A stretch of DNA of 64,000 bases, taken from positions 26,164,001 to 26,228,000 of the forward strand of contig OZ116698.1 of the NCBI GenBank assembly GCA_964199315.1. The letters run 5' to 3'. Under the pieces are notes generated by a model, which saw only the letters and a list, made by a program, of their open reading frames with translations, ran no database searches and was not told the DNA's origin. The DNA comes from Orbicella franksi (taxonomy: Eukaryota). Positions 63,829 to 64,000 of the stretch are shown here, piece after piece (positions within the stretch are counted from its first letter, which is position 1; the number at the start of each line of letters is the position of its first letter). The position numbers and the translations under genes are program-made.

Positions 63829-64000
63829 ACTTCTTTATTTGAGCGAATCACTTAAAGACGTAACAGAGGAAAGCATCAAATGCCCTGATGCGCTAAGAAA
63901 AGTCTCTATTCTATTATGAAAGACGTACGTCCATATTTGTACATATTTGATAAAGCCAAGCAACGGTAGGTTAATCAACGATCCAGAACTTTACAGATCA

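Noticed and set aside
1-64000. CRISPR arrays, rRNA or prokaryotic operons
   Set aside because: None seen: the repeats lack unique spacers and all genes are spliceosomal-intron eukaryotic genes.

Overview
AT-rich, intron-rich eukaryotic genomic DNA. The gene content and the SINE/MITE families suggest an anthozoan, most likely a stony coral (inference). Five protein-coding genes were reconstructed by hand with phase-consistent splice sites. (1) A 5'-incomplete, very large low-complexity charged protein (+, 1968-9377) with about 11 tandem 52-aa repeats and a GC-AG intron. (2) Cytosolic carboxypeptidase 1 / AGTPBP1 (-, 26 coding exons 34557 to 12956; terminal exon not resolved). (3) A 249-aa two-exon uncharacterised protein (+, 38046-39450). 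(4) PINCH/LIMS with five LIM domains (+, 13 exons, 40569-58642). (5) An intron-containing cytosolic HSP70 ending in EEVD (-, 63578 to 60328), with six contiguous heat-shock pentamers just upstream of its TATA box. The introns are dense with mobile-element relics: tRNA-derived SINEs, TIR MITEs, an AcademH-like element with a RecQ helicase relic, a truncated tyrosine-recombinase (DIRS/Ngaro-type) retroelement flanked by a 107-bp duplication, a TIR element carrying a captured GPCR fragment, a composite MITE-cargo-MITE unit inserted in a SINE, a frameshifted SAM-domain relic, and a tandem tRNA-like satellite. No rRNA, genuine tRNA or CRISPR array was seen. All family assignments come from recognising motifs, not from database searches.
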